In this document: one piece after another, positions 60,348 through 64,000 of the stretch
How the letters are laid out: each line of letters begins with the position of its first letter
Position numbering within the stretch: the stretch's first letter is position 1
Origin: Eledone cirrhosa
Lineage: Eukaryota
Direction: 5' to 3'
Length of the DNA stretch: 64,000 bases
NCBI GenBank assembly: GCA_964016885.1
Contig: OZ024748.1
Coordinates: 50,096,001-50,160,000 of the forward strand
Translations under genes and position numbers: made by a program
The notes under the pieces: model-generated
What the model was told of the DNA's origin: nothing
Databases searched by the model: none
The model's input: the letters and a program-made list of their open reading frames with translations, nothing else

Positions 60348-60384
60348 ATGATATTAATAAATTGAAACTATATTTATAAATCAA

Positions 60385-60450
60385 TATATTCTATTATATA
60401 TATTTCAAGGGTACCAAAACTTTCGGTACGCTCTCATCAGATAAAATACA
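60385..60450 (-). ncRNA. Type I hammerhead ribozyme (family A-HHR)
   Basis: Minus strand: TGTATTTTAT-CTGATGA-GAGcGTACCGAA..TTTGGTACcCTT-GAAA-TATATATA-ATAGAATATA. Confidence 0.85.
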
Positions 60451-60496
60451 AAATTTGTTTTATAAATACCCAGGAATCAGACCTTAACATAATATA

Positions 60497-60639
60497 ATTG
60501 TTTCTACTTTAGGCACTTTATTTTATCGACCCCGTGAGGATGAAAGGCAAAGTTAACCTCGGCGGGATTTGAACTCAGACTGTAAAGGGACGTAACTATG
60601 CTAGAAAGCATGGCGTCCAACCCTCTACCGATACTGCCA
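60497..60639 (-). mobile_element. SINE A with internal deletion
   Basis: Reverse complement of the consensus, lacking the GTACCAG...GGCCTTGT segment. Confidence 0.9.
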
Positions 60640-60803
60640 TATATATGTTATATATATATATATACATATATATATACGTATATATATATATATATACGTA
60701 TATATACATATATATATATATATATCCACACACACACGCACACACACATACACACACACATGTACATATATATTTAAAAAAAATATGTGTATGTATGTGT
60801 GTG

Positions 60804-60863
<60 letters not shown>

Positions 60864-61241
60864 CAACAAGTAGCTCTTTTGAGGTTCTTTCTCATTGTCT
60901 CTCACCCTCTCTCACCTTTTCCTTTTGCTAATTTACATAATACATCGCTTCATTCTTCTACTGTGTTATGCTGTATGTGTGTATATATGTATGCTTGTGC
61001 GAGTGTATGCGTGTATGTAGTATATTCGACGTTCTTGTGTTCGTGTGTTCGCACTGTTGAATTTAAATTCTCATTTCACTCACTCAAACACTCCTCTTCC
61101 TCTCCCTCCCTCTATACTTTTATCTCCTACTCTTTCTCTCAGCGGCTTTTCGTTTCCCCCCCTTTCACTTTGTTTTTTCTCCTCCTACTTCTATTTCAAT
61201 TTTTAACAAATCCCTCCGTTTTCTTCTCCTTGTCATTCCTC

Positions 61242-61315
<74 letters not shown>

Positions 61316-61594
61316 CTCTACCTTTCTCTCTCTTTCACACACACACATACTTTCTCTCCCACACGCTGTTTCTCCTTCTCTATCTCAACCTCCCCTTCTA
61401 TCTCTCTCATCCCTCATTGTTCTCTCCCCCTCTCTCATTCAATCGTTCTTCTATTCTACTAGTCAGCTTGGTTACTTTTGATAGTCTACCATATTTTTCT
61501 GTGACTCCATTCAAAAGCCACACAGATATATTCTAAAGATGTACAACAATAAATATCGTAATCGGTTGAAGCATTGAATCATAGAAACATAGGT

Positions 61595-61860
61595 TAATAG
61601 ATTAGTATTGAAGTAGGTGTCCCGTTCACGATTGCAACGTTGTGAGTTCGATTCCCGGTCGGGGTGTCGCGTTTTGTTCTTGAGTAGGACTTTTTATTTT
61701 ATGTTGCTCCAGTCCTCGCAGCTGTTTAAAAATGAGTTGGCGGCCAGCCTTATCACACACTGTATCATTGTACACATCGGAATTTCACCCAGAGCACGTA
61801 TCGGAATTTCAGGGAGCACGTATCTGTAAAATACTCAGTGGGTTACACGTTAATTTTACA
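61595..61860 (+). mobile_element. SINE B
   Basis: GAGTTCGATTCCC B box and TGTTCTTGAGTAGGAC...GTTGCTCCAGT. Confidence 0.75.
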
Positions 61861-62034
61861 ATGAAGAAGAAACGAAGGTGAATTTTAGAGGAATAAAATA
61901 TGAAGAATGAGTTGTTGGTATTGAGTGAAGGACAAAATATATATCCAGAGCCACATGTTTCTGTCCCTAAGTGCATTTTACCTGGGTTTAGAAAGCTATT
62001 GTTATTCGTAGTGTTCGGGTGTTCTTACTGCATT

Positions 62035-62075
<41 letters not shown>

Positions 62076-62242
62076 TATATATGTACTGGTATCTACTTGT
62101 CTATGGTAGGGTCAATAGCTTCACCCTTTGTTTTCATTGTTCAACACACACATACACACACTCAAGCGTGAAACTAAAAGCCTACCATTTGTACTGCCTC
62201 TTTGTTTTTTGTTCACATCACGGACGCTCTATCTCAAAAATA

Positions 62243-62278
62243 TTTTTGAAAAGCATTAGAAATGCGCAACCGGTAAAA
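62243..62278 (+). ncRNA. Degenerate homolog of the 53329 hammerhead
   Basis: TTT-TTGAAAA-GCATT(aga)AATGC-GCAA-CCGG-TA-AAA; GAAA mutated to GCAA. Confidence 0.45.
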
Positions 62279-62516
62279 CTTAAAACCAAAACTGAATACT
62301 AACCAATACAATTACTAATTCTCACTTATTCCTAATTAAACTATTTTTCACTGTGAACAATTTGTCAGCATTTTCTATTCCGTTTACCAATATATATATG
62401 TATATATATGTGTCTGTGTCTGTGTGTGTGTGTATGTGTGTGTGTGTATATAATACATACATATGATAAAAGAGAGATAAGTTTTTAAATGCCAGTACAA
62501 TGTAGTAGAAATATAT

Positions 62517-62702
62517 AATTGTTTCTACTTTAGGCACAAGGCCAGCAATTACCCAGTGCATTACTGGTACTTTATTTTATCGACCCCGTAAGGATGAAAG
62601 GCAAAGTCAACCTCGGCGGGATTTGAACTCAGATCGTAAAGGGACGTAGCTATGCTGGAAAGCATGGCGTCCGACCCTCTACTGATACTGCCAATCCACC
62701 GC
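62517..62702 (-). mobile_element. Full-length young SINE A
   Basis: Near-identical reverse complement of 31065-31250. Confidence 0.93.
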
Positions 62703-63128
62703 TGGTCAAATATATTTCTACTACAAACAGCTGGCGCGCTTGGAACCGTCATTAAGATGGCTGCTCCACAGCTATCGATCTACATACAATTATATGTGCC
62801 CACTTCTTAATGGGGAGAAATGTACATGAGAGCGTATGTTGTGTACAAGATCACTGGTAAGAGATTTAACTCTTTATATACCGGAAGTACCGTCTGGATA
62901 CTACACATACTTATCATGGAGCACATGACGACGAGAACCTCTTCTGTTAAAAACGCCTTGACAGATGCCACAGCGAAGATATTGTGGTCACCATAGTGAC
63001 GTCGTAAAGGAACGTGGGCTATTTAAAAATCAAAGAGGTCAATATTATCACTCCCACCCCTAAAAATGATAAATAATAGATTGGAAATGTATAAAGCATA
63101 ACCAGAATGTATTGAAATGTTTATTTAT

Positions 63129-63290
63129 ACTGGATGGCCACTGAAAAACTTGTTCGTTTTCAATCTTTTTTATTTATTTTTATTTTTTTGCAGGTTATAG
63201 GGCATCCCTGTTTTTCACACATAATACTGAAAACGTGTTTGTAAAAGTTATTTTTGTTTTATATCATTCAGTCTTTCAGTAGCCACCTTA
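63129..63290. mobile_element. Possible decayed mariner-like MITE
   Basis: GGATGGCCACTGAAA versus TTTCAGTAGCCACC inverted ends flanked by TA. Confidence 0.45.
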
Positions 63291-63734
63291 TATTTGGATA
63301 CTAGTAGGAAATAAAAAAATAAAACAGTAGTGAGCTGCAAACTCAACAGACGTGAAGTTGTTCTATTGGACATGAACACATGTCTTGCATTCCTATAGAT
63401 ATCAGCTGATCAAATGATGTAAATATACCCATTAAGGATGGGAAAGAAAGAGAACCTCTATAGTAAGCAAATGCCGAAATTACAGCTCTTGTTTCCTGAT
63501 TACTGAACTTCTTCTCCCTCTACTGTTGAAGAATTTAGGGTCTCTCAATCCCCCACCAAACAAACAACAACAACAAAGTAAATTCACTCGTCACAGGCAT
63601 TTTAAATTGCTTAGTGTTATTCTAATGTTGTGTGAAATATCCCAAAGACTCTCTATTTGAGTTTCCCCCAGCCAACACGCAAATATAAATGTCTTACAAC
63701 ACACAATCATATTGAAACTCTAGAAGTAAGGATG

Positions 63735-64000
63735 TTAGACTTAGAAGTAAGGATGTTAGACTTAGGATCATAATGTCGTTGGTTCGATTCATGGAATGGG
63801 TTGTGTGTTGTGCTCTTGAGAAAAAACACTTCATTTCACGTTGCTCCAGTACACTCAGTTGAAAATAAGTACCAGCAATGGTTAAGGGAATATCACTAGG
63901 ATGGACTGGTGTCCTGTCCAGGGGAAAGTACTTTCACTCGTTTAGGGCCACTAAAACCGGGATAAACTCCGGGTTGATGAGCCTCTGGGCTCGAGATAAA
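63735..64000 (+). mobile_element. SINE B running to the window end, with a 21-bp tandem duplication at 63721-63762
   Basis: GGTTCGATTC B box; homologous to 17295-17555. Confidence 0.8.

Noticed and set aside
62750-62872. AAGATGGC start context plus a GTAAGA donor-like site
   Set aside because: The reading frame closes after 17 codons; no other support

Overview
AT-rich, microsatellite-saturated eukaryotic non-coding DNA. The SINE sequences resemble octopus/coleoid cephalopod SINEs as I recall them (inference, no database search). No intact protein-coding gene is supported; nearly all ORF-track entries are translations of (TA)n/(CA)n/(CT)n tracts. The window holds about 18 copies or fragments of one tRNA-like SINE, about 5 of a second CORE-like SINE, decayed LINE fragments (RTE-, R4/Dong- and L1/Tx1-like) and small Tc1/mariner-like MITEs. 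The main hidden signal is a dense set of short non-coding retroelements, mostly sitting in (TA)n tracts, that carry type I hammerhead ribozyme (HHR) folds. At least 6 sequence-unrelated families and about 15 intact or degenerate HHR candidates are visible by eye. They include a 4-copy family with clear stem II covariation and a conserved C·C mismatch, U3-A8 and A4 core variants, a ~530-bp retrozyme-like unit, and a recurrent asymmetric fold-back plus tail architecture. All folds were paired by hand and catalytic activity is untested.
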